From NCBI GenBank assembly GCA_026914245.1, contig CP110439.1, positions 8,370,001 to 8,434,000 of the forward strand: 64,000 bases of DNA, in the 5' to 3' direction. This DNA is from Puccinia triticina. Taxonomy: Eukaryota. Made by a program: the position numbers and the translations under genes. The first letter of the stretch is position 1. Each line of letters begins with the position of its first letter. Of the stretch, positions 1-12,649 are shown in pieces. Below the pieces are notes generated by a model, which saw nothing but the letters and a program-made list of their open reading frames with translations, was not told where the DNA came from and did no database searches.

Positions 1-314
1 CGGGTTATACTTGATAAATGGGCTTATTTATAACGCGCGACCCCCGGGGGGTCAAAGTTTTTGGTGGAGACAGGGGGAGAAATTTGGGTCGCGCGTGATA
101 AATTTGCACATTTGTCGTATAATGTGGCAGCCAAACGGGGCCTATGAAAAGTTTGCAATGTGTATTCTCATATGCCAGGTGTGTTACAAAAATAACAGCT
201 GATGACACTTTCAACTTTACCTTTCATGAGTAATCCACCCTTTGTTAAACATGGTAGGGAAAATCAAAACAGCCCCCGGTATTGTTCACATTTCACTGCT
301 TTGCAATGTGGATA

Positions 315-528
315 TAGAGATGGCACTTGGCACCCGCCGGCGGGTACCCGCCACACTTCAGCACATAATTCTATGCGCCTGCAGGCGCCCATGGCGGGTG
401 CCAGGGGTTCCATTTTAGTAAAAATACATGCAGGGAGCTGCACACGCGCAATGGGTACCTGCAAGCGCATAGAATCATGTGCTGAAGTGTGGCGGGTACC
501 CGCCGGCGGGTGCCAAGTGCCATCTCTA
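315..528. mobile_element. hAT-type MITE (214 bp)
   Basis: About 75-bp terminal inverted repeats (TAGAGATGGCACTTGGCACCCGCC...GGCGGGTGCCAAGTGCCATCTCTA) flanked by an exact 8-bp duplication TGTGGATA (307-314, 529-536). Confidence 0.9.
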
Positions 529-2863
529 TGTGGATAGTTATAAGTTACACAACTTTTCCCAGCTTTGGCACTGTTTGATACTCAAAGAATAGACATTTGG
601 TTTTAACATCACTTACCTCCCAATTTGTTACAGGAATAGGCATGAAATAAACATGCCAGACGGATTCATCTACCACTTGGTTGAGACTTTGCAGTTGCTA
701 CTTTTTACAAGTTTTTTTCACAATCTCATTTTACCTGTGTTTTGAATGAAAGAAATCAGCTCTCCAAAACATTCCTTGTCACTTAGCCAAGGATAGGTTT
801 AGCATAAGCATAGTCAAATGCTTGGCACCACATCTTGTGCATTGAAGTTAACATCCAGAATGTGATCAAGATGGACCAGACAAACAATTTCACAAGAGAG
901 ATTTTCATCCGTTGGGGTTGAGGAAGATCAGTTGGAAACAACTTCACCTAAATTTATGCTTGGATTGAAAAGAAAGTTGAGCAAAGGGTGACAGTTGACA
1001 TTGAACTCACATCAGACCATTTGACTGATAAAATTACAGTCTGACACTCTCTAGAGAGTGCCACGCATTCCCCCCTGGTGTGGATATAGGAATTGAGGAA
1101 AATTGCTTTTGGAACAAAAAATAAAAATCAGATACTCCAAATTTTCAAAGTATTTTTCAACACAATATTTAGAGCCTCGACTAAGAATTTAAGCATTCAC
1201 TTGAATTTTTTTGAAGTATAGCCATAGGTAACCTCTGGTTAAATTATAACTACAGGGAAATGAAAGCTCATCTAACACCAGTAAAGCCTATGGTACATCT
1301 CATCTGAAGAATAAATATCATCCTTATCCCCTTTGATCATTAGCTTTATCTTAACAAGTACTTTTATAGGATCAGAAGGATTCCAGCTATTTACACATAG
1401 TTTTTTGAGTTCTAATGGTCAACAGTGTTTGGACAGACATTTTTCTGAGGGCAACATTGCATGAGGCTAAATCAAATAGCGGGCCACTATGATAAACTAC
1501 ACTAGACAGCCACTGGTGTAGCAGCGCATAGTGTGGTCTGCTGCAACCATGGCGTCATCACGCTTTGAGAGGCTCTACGCTAACACTCCGACATGCCTCT
1601 TTTACCGGGAAAAGCCACTAAGAAGCAGCACAACACAGCGCAGTGGGATTAAGTTTTGGTTGGCAGTGGTTAGTGCTAGCTTAATGCCGCTAACCACCAA
1701 TTGTAAATCCTGTTGGTCTTCATGGTATCAAGTTACGCTATGCTGTGCTATTGCTAATGATAGTGTAGCTGACCCACTGTTGCTACAAATTTCTCTATCT
1801 GGTCACTAAACCAACCTCAGATTATGGTGTTGCACACCATTTTGGGCACACAAGGGCAAACTAGCAATCCAGGTTTTCCAAGAACAAATAGTCACAATCC
1901 CAACACCTGCTTGGCACATGACAAAGCGGGGGGGGGGGCAAAAATCTGCTTGGTCCAAATCAAGCAAAGGTGCCACAGCATCCTGATTTCACCCATGAAG
2001 GCTCCAGGGGGGGAAGGGGGGGGATTCACTTTATTGTGGTTGGTCTTCATATTGGTCATTGATTAGGAGAGGAAAGTCTGTCCTTGATGGCCAGGACAAG
2101 TATTGACTGCCAAGAAAATAGTCTCTCCAATGAACAAACTTTGGGCAAACTTTCAACAAGGAAAAGCTCACTTGTGCTTGCTGGTTTCCACAGAGGGTGG
2201 GAATGTACATTAGCTTTTTAAAATTTTGTGAAGAGTTCTTACTTACCTTTCAAAATCAACTGGGTTAAAGGGGCTTGTAGTGTGGTGTGCGGTCTTCATA
2301 GTTCCCTGCTCCGCACCGGACGCGGCAGGACCTTCCTCATCGGATTGGGTTAGCAACAGGCGCAGGTTAACCTTCCCCGCACTTCTTGCGTGGCCGCCGT
2401 GTATCTTGCTTTGTTTCCTGGCCTTTTCTCTGCTGCGGTCGAACCATACACGATGAGTTTTGGTGTTTTGTCTGGTCTTTGATACAACCGACCGCGGCAA
2501 ACTCCGTTTATTTGTCTAGTTACACTTTATGCTTGAACTTTGTGCCCTTGAGCTTCTTTGTTGGTTTGATTTGATGCTGCTGAATTATCTCTCCTTCTAC
2601 TTTGGCTAGGTTTACTACTCGCTCTCAAGGCATCGCTCGCTCGCTGGCACAGCCTCGACTTAAAAGCAATTGTTGATTTTGCTTGGACAATGTGTACCAG
2701 CCAGACACTGCCAAAAAAAATGTAGCACCTTTTTCCAATGAAATTCCGCAGAGTTTGGTACATCAAACAAACATCCAACAAAAAGAACCAAAACCAAAAC
2801 TAGAATTTGAAAGTTAATGAGAAGAGATAAAATGAATTGCGGGGGGCCTTTGTGAAAACGTCG

Positions 2864-5369
2864 TCACTTGAATTCGGAAGAATCTTCCTTTGCAGCGGCG
2901 GCTGCATCAGCCTCTTCTTTCATGGAACCCTCGTCGTGTTTGACCAGAGGAGTGACAGAGGGGCGGGCGTTGTTGACGACCGAAAGCCAGCCAGAGACGG
3001 CGAAGATTTCATCAATCTCTTCCAAGGAACGGTAGGCGGTTTCGGGAAAGAAGAAATATATGCTGGGCACGATGAATGCGTTGACAACAGCAAATACCAA
3101 GTCTTAGGGCGCACAACGAGAAAGATAGTAAGAATGAATTTGAAAAGCAATCGGCGTGCAGACATATTAACTCACAAGTTTTCCAACCGATGTGATCGAA
3201 GCAAATCGGGGTAATGAGAACAATCAAGAAGTTGAAGATCCAGTCTGATGGAAAAACGAACAAAGGTTTAGTGCATGTTTGTGGGAAGAGGGAACAAGAT
3301 GTTGATTGCAAAACTGACTGGAAGCGGTACTGAGTCCTGTGGCTGCGGATCGGATCTCCAAGCCAACGATTTCGGCAGAGTAGAGCCATCTAGGAAATCA
3401 AAACAATTATTCAGATTGCGGCGAATGTGAGATGCGATGGAGGTGGGCACATACGACATTCCTAGCCATCCAATCCCGAAGAAAGTGTTGTACACGAAGA
3501 AGAAAACGGTGGCGGCGATTGCCGGTCCCACATCGGTAGAGTCGGGACCGTTCTGCTCGATTTTCCATACTGAGACCGCAAGTACAGCCATACTGATTGC
3601 CATTCCCGCAGCTCCTCCCAACATCAACTTCCTTCTACCAAATCGCTCTGGGAGTTGTTCTCGATTAGGTCACTCTGTATTTCAAGCACGTGTGAAGCAG
3701 GCTCTCACTTACCAATAGTGTAAACCCCAATCCATGAGGCCATGAAAAATTCAGTTCCGGTACAGGCAGCAAGAACACGGGACAAGACGGGACCCAAGTG
3801 AAGGTAATCTGATGATACATGTTGAAGTTAGTATCAGGCTAAAAAATACGATAATTACCAAGGTCGTTAGACTTACTTTCATACACTGTTGCTGCGTACT
3901 AATTCCGCGAAAAAACAATACCGACTTGTAAGCTGCCATCATCAACATAGGCTATGCAATAATAGGCTTACATAGGTAATGAGGTTGATGCCACTAAAGT
4001 AGGACAGATTGTGACAATGAATGGGTGGTTAGTTCCCGTCTTTCATTTTTAGTTGGTTTGGGCGTGTGACAGTCTATAATACACACCTGATCTGTTGGAA
4101 ACACTGGCTGACCACTGCCAATGTAGTTCGCTGGAAGTTGCGAGACTTGCCGTTCTTGAATAGATCCATGAAACGAGGAGGGGGGCAGTTTATCACGGAA
4201 TCTTCAACTTGCTTCAATAATTTCTCGACGGTGTGATGGTTCTCTTCCACTCCGCCGAGGCTTGCGAATACTTCTCTGGCTTGTTGCATATGTCCTTTCT
4301 TGACGAGCCATCGAGGTGATTCTGGCAATGTAAGGACCGTTGACATGATGATAACAGCGAAGACAATCTGTAAGGCAATTGGCATCCTCCATGACACCGA
4401 CGATTCATTGGTGAAGTAGAAAGCCAACTGCAGAAGGAGAACTACATCAGTGAACCAATTCTAAGAATCACACTAGAATGGAAAACTCTTACATCAACCC
4501 AATAGCTGATCATGATACCAGCCGTGATCAAACAGCCTTCCAACATGACAAGTTTCCCTCTTTGATGAGCCGGGGAGCATTCACTGGATATTTGCAGGCG
4601 GATCTCAGGATTAGCAAGCTAATAGAGCACATCTTCATGTAAGGAAAGGGATTCTTACGATTGCCATACTGGAACAGTGGCTGTGATAAATCCGTTACCG
4701 AAACCAGTGACGATTCGTCCGACAATGAACTGGGCGATGCCAAAAGAAGCAGCTTGGATGATAGAGCCCACAATCATGACGAAGGCACCTATAAAGATGA
4801 TCTTCCTTCTTCCGAGCTTTTCACCCAGCGAAGAACAAGAAAGAGCACCGATCATGCATCCTGGGTGGAGACATTGGGGTCAGTAATTGCGCCTATCCTA
4901 GAGAAACCTTATAGATCCGAGCTCACCAATTTCGTACAGCGCGCTGTGGTAGTAAGTTTCGAAATAACGAATCAGCCCGGGTCCAATTCCGCTGGTGCCA
5001 TGAGGTGATTAGGGATACTCAACATTGCCACACCTTGGATAGTGGAGTTTTTCGATTTTTGTGCGGCGGAGAAATGCTTCGAGATTGTGTCCATTTCAGG
5101 AAATACTTCCACAAAGGTGGGAAGGGTGAGAAGACCGCCCATAACGCCTTGGTCATATCCAAACAAGCTATCGACGACAGTGAAGGATGAGGACAGGGGT
5201 CAGGCAGAGGGGGATCAGTGACTGCAAAATGCGACTCGGATGACCGGACGGTTGAGGACAACAGAGCTGCTTACAAGAATCCCAGTCCGGCCAAACTAGC
5301 GACAGCTTGGTTCAAGCGTTGTCCCTTGAGCCCCCAGTAGGGGGCAGCAGTAGGTGAGGGCAAAGGCAT
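2864..5369 (-). CDS. MFS sugar porter family transporter (STL1-like sugar/polyol:H+ symporter), multi-exon
   Basis: Exons encode FGYDQGVMGGLL, LGRRK, GRIVTGFGNG, WRMPIALQ, PESPRWL, QQISGINLITYYA and FFFPETAYRSLEEID. ATG at 5369, TGA at 2864-2866, GT-AG introns. Confidence 0.92.
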
Positions 5370-8300
5370 TCGGGGAGATGGAAGGAAATTGTTAACGTCC
5401 CGAAGTAATTATTTATAGCCAAATAAAAAAAGAGCAAGAGAAAGGAGGGGTGGGGGAGGAAGGGATGAAAGTGAGCTGTGTCCAAGATCGGCTAGTTTTA
5501 TAGATATGATATGGAAATCTTGAGACTAAGAAACGGTGGGGGAATCTACTTCGGAGGATCGATAGCTCTATTTATGTAAATATTTATTTGTGGAGGTCGC
5601 TTGTGAGAACACCAGCCCAGCTGAAGCAGCCCGAAGCCCAAAATGAGTGCGGTTTGAAACCACCACAGTCAGACTCTGAGTACACTTTGATCAGCGGGCA
5701 GCCTGTAGGAACCTTCCAGGGCGGCAAGCCTTCGCGATTACCCTCTGACGAGGCCGCATAAGATTTGGCGTGCATACCAGCCATCTGGTGCAAACAGGCC
5801 CGACAGCTCTCCGCTGTTTTCGGTCGTCCACTTTCAGCAATTCAGGAATCATCCTCGGACAGGCTAACTTGAAACGAAAGATTTTCCTGGTCGCACCCCG
5901 GAACATCCTAGAGTATCCCACTGCTCCCTCTGCAAGTCTGAAAAGTGACCATCCGGAAAGCCGAGTGGACGAGGCTTTTTTACGTAACAGTCCCATGCTG
6001 TTGTTAAACTCGAATTGCACCGAATATGTACAAAATCCCATTCATCGAGAGACATGACTTCACAATCCCCGCGACAGTCTGCCATCCTCCAATGCCATAT
6101 TAGTCGCGCCGGGAGCAGAGGATCATAGTAGACAGTTGTAAATAGATATGTATCGCTTCCAATTCTTCACACCCAGTGAAACTCGACTTCATGTAACACA
6201 CGCTACAGACCTATTGGCTACAGCTGGATTTTCTTTATCCGACCATGAGCATGGACTTCAGTACTGGCGGTGTCACCAAGTCCAATCGTGATAGTGTCTT
6301 CTAAGGCCGCTTGAACTGTTTTGTATTCTACCGTGCTTGTAGCCAAAGGGGGGAGGACTACCACGTGACGGTGAGCCCACGCTTGTCATTGCGAGGGTCA
6401 TTGCTCATGCTATGTTTGATTGCGAGTCCGACCCCTCCAACTCTGGCTTGTGGTTGCTGTGGTAAAGGAAAGATAGACGAAACAAAAGGCAACTAATACA
6501 AAGTGCGCTGCTTTGCACCCATGGGATCTAGTGAGCGGATAGAACATCACGTCGACACGATACCCCGATGTTGCGTCGCCATCCTCTCCAGTCTAGATTC
6601 GCCCCCAAGTATTGGCCTCCTTGTCTCAAGGAACCCGCGCTGCTTGTGCCCCTCCCCCCGCCACCCAGTAGCCTCGTAGTTGACGGGAAAGGGTAACAAC
6701 GATTCCCTCCTGACTGCTTCGCTATCACTTCCCTGCCTGATGTACATTTCGGCCCGCAGTCCGTACGGCCGCCAGTCATGCACACCGTTCCAAATGGGGA
6801 AAAGAAAAGACTCCGTGAAAACAGTTTTTACCAGTCTAAATTTCTTCCGATCCTTCCTTAACAAATACTACAGTCATGCAATTATTCTACGGGTAGGCTA
6901 TACGATTTACGCATGCGATGACCTTCTTTTCGCCTAGAGCCAAAGTCATCCCATTCTTCCAAATGAACCATACATGGGAAACTGGTGGGATGTGAATTTC
7001 GCCACCATTGATCATCGAACCACATTGTACACGGCATGGTTATTACTAATACTAACGACACATATTCAATTGGATTGTTTTGTTCAGCACGGCTTTCAGT
7101 ATGTTACTGCGGCGATCGCAAAGATCAACTGCCAAGTTTTTCTTCGTTTTCTTTGATACTTTGTAGGATATGACTGCAATCCATTTCAGCAATGGATCAT
7201 CAAGTTCAAAACATTTTTCTGATGCTCGATTCTAAGGGTAAGATGGAGCAAATGCGCGCAGATTGGAATGAAGCAGCTTGCTGGAAGTTGAACAACCGGA
7301 CCAGAAGACTTGCGATCTCCCAAGCTCTCCTCCGAAGATTGCGCCACACCGAAAATTGTGTACTTACAATTTACACATTTAAATATGTATTTGTAACAAA
7401 GGCACTTCGGTTCTCGCGGGTTCTCGCGCAGGAGCCTCATGAGGTCATCGATGAGGTCACAGAGGGTGCAGAGGCCTGTGGGTTACGTAAATGTGACAGC
7501 CCAACGATTTGTGAGACGTTTTGTGTGCAAACCAGGGACCACTAGGCTGTACACACATTTTTGGACTGACCATGGCCTTATTTTTTTTGCCGTTTTTTCA
7601 ATCAAATTAAGATCATCCTCAACCAGGTTTTGCGTGCAGCGTACAGCAGAATGCCGCGTGCAACTGTAAGCTCTGGGTGGTTTATCCTCGGCAAAATCTT
7701 TTAGTTTTTGGTTACCTCAATAAACAGGTGTGTTCTTAGGTCCCTCTGTGGCATCTGCATGGCTATATTATTGAATGATTTGGAGGATTTCCAGTGAACT
7801 TTGAATAAATCTGGAGTTTCAGATTTTGCATGTGGAACTGTGGATCACTTTGGGGAGCTTTGCGGACCTAGATTTTCCCACAAAATGGACAACTTCCCGT
7901 CAATCTGGGAACTCAGATTTTTCCAGATTTTGCAGGGAAATCTGGGCTCAATTGTCCCAAATCATCAATCTGCCTAGATTTCCCTGCGAAATCTGGGAAA
8001 TTCTGGGTTTCCAGATTGGCGGGAAGTCCTCCAATGGAGGACTTCCTGTTGCCTCTGGGAGCCTCCCAGATCTCAATTTATACAACCCAACTCTTAATTT
8101 TCAGGATCAAGGAAAATGTTTTCTTAAGCCTGTAGTTTGTTGCTCTCATGTGTGCTTTTTGTGGTTTTGGTAGGTGTCTTAATTTAGGAATTAGAGAGGC
8201 ATTTAGAGCTCTCTAAATGCCAACGGGAAGTCCTCCAATCTGAAATCTGCTGCCTCAGATCTGACTTTCCAGATCAACAGGAAGTCCTCCATCCCTTGCA

Positions 8301-8689
8301 CAACTTTCACATTTGGAGAATAACAGTGGGAATTTGGAAATCAGCTAGTCAATGCTTTTTAGAGATGGACGGAGAGGAATCATGTTGGCCATTGGGAATG
8401 TACAGTCTTGATGGCCAAAATGACTTCTTTATATTGATCATTTCTCTATGTGCAATAGAGATAGTCATTTGGGACCCGGGTACCAAGCGGTACCCGGGTA
8501 CCGCACCGCTTTTTGGCCAATTTCAGGCACCTAGTACCGCACCCGGCACCGCCTGGGAGGTACCACGGGTACCGCGGGTACCACCCGTGATATTTTTTGG
8601 TGTGGCAGCGTCCTGCTGTCCTGCTTGCTCCATCCAGTTTGTTGCCATCCATTGCGACAAGCTGGAGGGCAAACAGGCCACTGTTTGCC

Positions 8690-9230
8690 GGGAGGAACTC
8701 CTCCCGGCAAGCACTGGCTCTCCTCTTTGACCGGAGGAATCCCTCCGGTTGAGGAGGAATACACACCTCTGACCGGAGGAATTGATCCATCTGATTGGAG
8801 GCATGTACACCTCTTTGACCGGAGGAATGGCTCCGGTCAAAGAGGCAAGTCCACCCAGCGAGCTGGATATGCGTCCAGCTCACCGGTGGACATCCCTTGC
8901 CAAGCTGGATAAATAATATGTATCCAGCTTGCCGAGATGACTCATCCCTCACCAAGATGGATACACAATATCCAGCTCGGCTAGGGAGGTCTCACGACGA
9001 GCTGGACACATCCAGTTCCCTTGGAAGATTCCTCTCGGCGAGCTGGATACATATGTATCCCGCTTTGCAAGGGGACTCCTCTCCAGCTCATCAAGAGGTT
9101 CTTTGGCGTCTGCGAGCTGGATACAATATATGTATCCAGCTTCGCGGGAGGAGTCCCCTTGGCGAGCTGGATACGCCAAGAGGAATCTTCCCAGCTTGCT
9201 GGGAGGCCTTCGCCAAGCTGGATCTACCAA
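8690..9230. repeat. Short-motif arrays inside the hAT-type element (CTCT(T)TGACCGGAGGAAT and AGCTGGAT/ATCCAGCT units)
   Basis: Many direct and inverted copies of these motifs are visible. Confidence 0.75.
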
Positions 9231-9274
9231 GTCCAGGCTCTCAATCTCCCGGGGGGTGGGAGGTGCTTGTAGGT

Positions 9275-9815
9275 CTAACTTAACACAAGTCCCCCCTGGT
9301 GGGAGCGCTGTGGCTGGCGGCGAAGCCGCCCCTCCCGCAGGGAGGGACTTGTGCATTATCCCAAATTTTACGCGGGAGCAGAAAGTTCATTTGGCTGAGA
9401 GGTTTTTAAAATTTTTATAGCTCCTCCCCCAGCCTCTCCACCAATATGCCCTATCTGTACCCTATGCTACTTTTCTTTCTCTACATTTTGGTCTACTCAG
9501 ATTTTTTCTATCTCAATCTGTTGACCTTTTCAAAAGATCAAAAATGCACAAGTCTTCCAAATGAGGCTCCACTTGTTTGGGACTCCAGGAGTTGTTTTTC
9601 TGGCTACAAGATAGATGAGTAGTTCAAATTGATTGCAAGAACAGAACCTACAGCTCTGTGTATTCAGTTTTTCTATATTGGTTGGGATTTTTAGTGTAGC
9701 AGATCCTTTCTGCTCCTGCTTAAATCAAGACATAACTCATAAGCCTCTCCTGCGGAGAGCCCTCCGGGCGGGGTCCCCCGGACCCTCCGTTCAAGAGGCT
9801 TAGTTAAGCTAGCTT
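9275..9815. mobile_element. Dispersed non-autonomous repeat with TTAA-containing ends; related copy in reverse at about 46055-46555 and partial copies near 49160-49330 and 50560-50660
   Basis: Shared segments such as AAGTCCC.../GGGACTT, GGGAGCAGAAAGTT...GGCTG.GAGGTTTT and TAAGCCTCT...GGAGAG. Confidence 0.55.
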
Positions 9816-9871
9816 GTAGGTGGTACCCGGGTACCACACCGCTTTCCGGCCAAAACCCGGTACCTACACGC

Positions 9872-10842
9872 TGTGGTAAGACTAATCCACTTACAAACAC
9901 ATCAAAAATAGGGAAGAATTAAGATAATAATATATTATAAAGTACAAACAAAACCATTATAGTACAAAACATACTACAACCAACATCTTACACATATTTC
10001 TCAATTATATTATCACCCAGAAAACCAGTACTAGTCTATTTAGTTACATAATTAAGTACATAGTAGAATCCTAGTTTCACATACAAATCACACCCATTAC
10101 ATAGTACAAATCTATTCTAGGACTAAAAGGGACACTGCTGAAAGATTCCAATATCACATGTTAGAAAATCTACTCTTAGATCATGTTTTCACCCCAAAGA
10201 GGAACAAGCCAAGTGATCACAACTCAAAGTAGTATACTGTTTCACAAATATTGTGTACAGCTTCCCAATATAGATTATTATTTCACACTACAACTGTACA
10301 GCATCCCAAAGTAGTATACTATTTCACACTTGTAAAATCCACTCTCAGAATAGTTTATTTACTATATAAGGAGGCCTATTCTGCCCCTTCTTGTTCCCTT
10401 TCTTCCCCATGCTTGCACTAAATAGTAATAACAAGAGATTACTTCCGCATTCATCACACCACTATAGTATAGTAACGCCTGCATAAATAGTAATATTAAG
10501 AAATTACTTCTGCATCCATTACATTATTATAGTATTATAATATTAGATCTTAAATTTAGAACTTGATAATTATAAATATAACTTACTTTTGATAACAAAC
10601 TTGATCACATCAAATTTATAACACCTCTCATCCCAAGCACAAGATTCCTGGTTCTTAGGGTCTGAAGCAGTCTAAATTAAGAATAATTCATCTGATTTAG
10701 CCACACACTAAATTCTTAGTGTAAATTTCTCCCAGAGTTTATTATAGGAAGGCAGCCTTTCAAGCACCTTTAGCCTAAACTTACCTAGTTTTTGCTATAT
10801 TCCCTTCCAAGCTCAGATCACACCTTGCGTAGAAGTTCCACA
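9872..10842. mobile_element. Solo LTR (971 bp) nested in the hAT-type element
   Basis: Starts TGTGG, ends CCACA, flanked by 4-bp direct repeat ACGC. AT-rich interior contrasts with the GC-rich host sequence on both sides. Confidence 0.75.
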
Positions 10843-11419
10843 ACGCCGGGGGTACTTCCTTGCGAGCAGGTTTGTGGATCCAACAAGGCGCTTTTGATCC
10901 GTGGAACCAACAAGGATCAGCTCGGTAAGTGCTTGGTAAGCTTGTCGGTTCCACAGAACATCATTTTCCCCGTGGAACCGACGGGTTTGTCACTTTTCCC
11001 CATTGGTTCCACGAAGCACACTCCTGTAACTTGTGGAGACCACGTTGGCTTGTTGCTCACGTTGGTTCCACCACCACAACCTTTTTTTTCACTTCCAACC
11101 AGGACTAGCTCAGGCTGGTCCTGAAGTGTTGAAAGTTCGAGAAAATAAGTAATTGAAAGGAAGAAAAAAAAAGTTGAAAAAAAACTTTGATGGAAAATCC
11201 ACTCGCAAACGGCTTCCTGAGTGGGTATAATATTTATAAACGAGGGGGTGTTTCACAATCTGTATTAGCGTAGCACTGCCAGCAAACAGGTGACGTAATC
11301 CGGATTTCGTCGCGCTGACGTAATCCAGATTTCAATTCAAACCCGCGCCCCGGGTGTGTTGTCACCTGTTGTGGATTTTGTCACCTGCCATTCTCAGTGG
11401 CAGGTGCAAGAGGAAAGCA

Positions 11420-12135
11420 CGACTCCCTTGATGACCGGTTAGCACCGGCCATCGAGGGGACACACACACCTCCCTTGATGGCCCGTCTGTACCGGCCATC
11501 AAGAGGAAAACCCTACATTATCTCGTTGGCCGGTCAGTACCGGCCAGCAAGAGTAAGGCACTGTTTGCACTCTCAATGGCCGCTACTGACCGGCCATCAA
11601 AGGGTGACACATATACCCCTTGGTGGCCTGTCAGTACACCGGCCATCGAGACAAAAACATTAAACTCTTGATGGCCCGTACTGGCCGGCCATTGATGGCC
11701 CGTCAGTACCGGCCATCAAGAGGAACATAATACACTCTTGATGGCCTGAAATGATTAGCCATCAAGAGGACATACACACCTTGCACATTGACCCAACTGG
11801 TCATCAAGAGCAAAGCACTGCACTCTTGATGGCCAGTCAGCGCAGGCCATCAAGAGTGTAGTATATTCCTCTTGATGGCCGGTACTGACGGGCCATTGAG
11901 TGGGGTGTGTATGTCCTCTCAATGGCTAATCAGTCCAGGCCATTGAGAGTGTATTATGTTCCTCTTGATGGCCAGTACTGACGGGCCATCAAGGGTGATG
12001 TGTATACACATCGAGAAAAGAGTTTTGCTCTCAATGGCCGGTCAGTACGGGCCATCAAGAGTTTAGTGTTTTTGTCTTGATGGCCGGTGTACTGACAGGC
12101 CACCAAGGGGTATATGTGTCACCTTTTGATGGTGG
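11420..12135. repeat. Array of TTGATGGCC...GGCCATCAAGAG palindromic units (subterminal region of the hAT-type element)
   Basis: More than ten copies in alternating orientation. A similar array lies at about 31450-31995. Confidence 0.75.
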
Positions 12136-12649
12136 CACTACGGGGAATCCACGAGGATTCCTCGAGATATCCTTGTCGAAGGACTCCCCGGGTGTAGTAC
12201 TGCACCCGGCACCGCTGCACGGGTGCAAGGCGGGTGCAAGGGGGTACCCGCAGCAGGTACCAAATGACTATCTCTAATGTGCAAGGGCTTCCACACAGCA
12301 TGAATGCAACTGCCAGGGGCTTTAAAAGATTTCTGACCAGTGTGTACTGTTTATGGAGCTTTGAAAGGCCTATCCTGGGATCTGTCACCCCAATATACGC
12401 ATATACATGAAGGTGACATTGGAAAAGTGAAAAACAGCCCACATGTGTGTGCGTGGAAACATTGAAGAAAGTCTACAAAATAAAATAAAATCTCACAAGC
12501 TTATTTGTGTTAAGAAGACAGCATGTTTAGCTGAAACAATCTGGTAACACACCAAGCTTGATGTGACTCATATTTCCACCTTATTTTCTTTTTTCTTTTT
12601 TGGCTCAACTCTAGGGGATACCTGCCTCTTTTAGGGAAAAATTTGCCAA

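Larger units (their letters stand above)
8456..12276. mobile_element. Non-autonomous hAT-type DNA transposon (3.8 kb) carrying nested insertions
   Basis: TIRs TAGAGATAGTCATTTGG / CCAAATGACTATCTCTA, exact 8-bp TSD ATGTGCAA (8448-8455, 12277-12284), GGTACC-rich subterminal repeats, no transposase ORF. Confidence 0.88.

Noticed and set aside
2243..2781. Short minus-strand ORFs downstream of the transporter
   Set aside because: Broken frames and no recognisable homology. Possibly a relic.
7186..7669. Cys-containing short ORFs, possible small secreted protein
   Set aside because: No convincing signal peptide or splice model, and the frames are interrupted.
8296..9420. ORFs of 100-170 aa
   Set aside because: They translate transposon repeat arrays and show no recognisable domain.
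11420..12135. CRISPR-like appearance of repeated palindromic units (also 8690-9230, 29740-30267, 31450-31995)
   Set aside because: Units are degenerate, irregularly spaced and switch orientation. Most lie inside TIR-bounded elements in a eukaryotic genome, and there are no cas genes.
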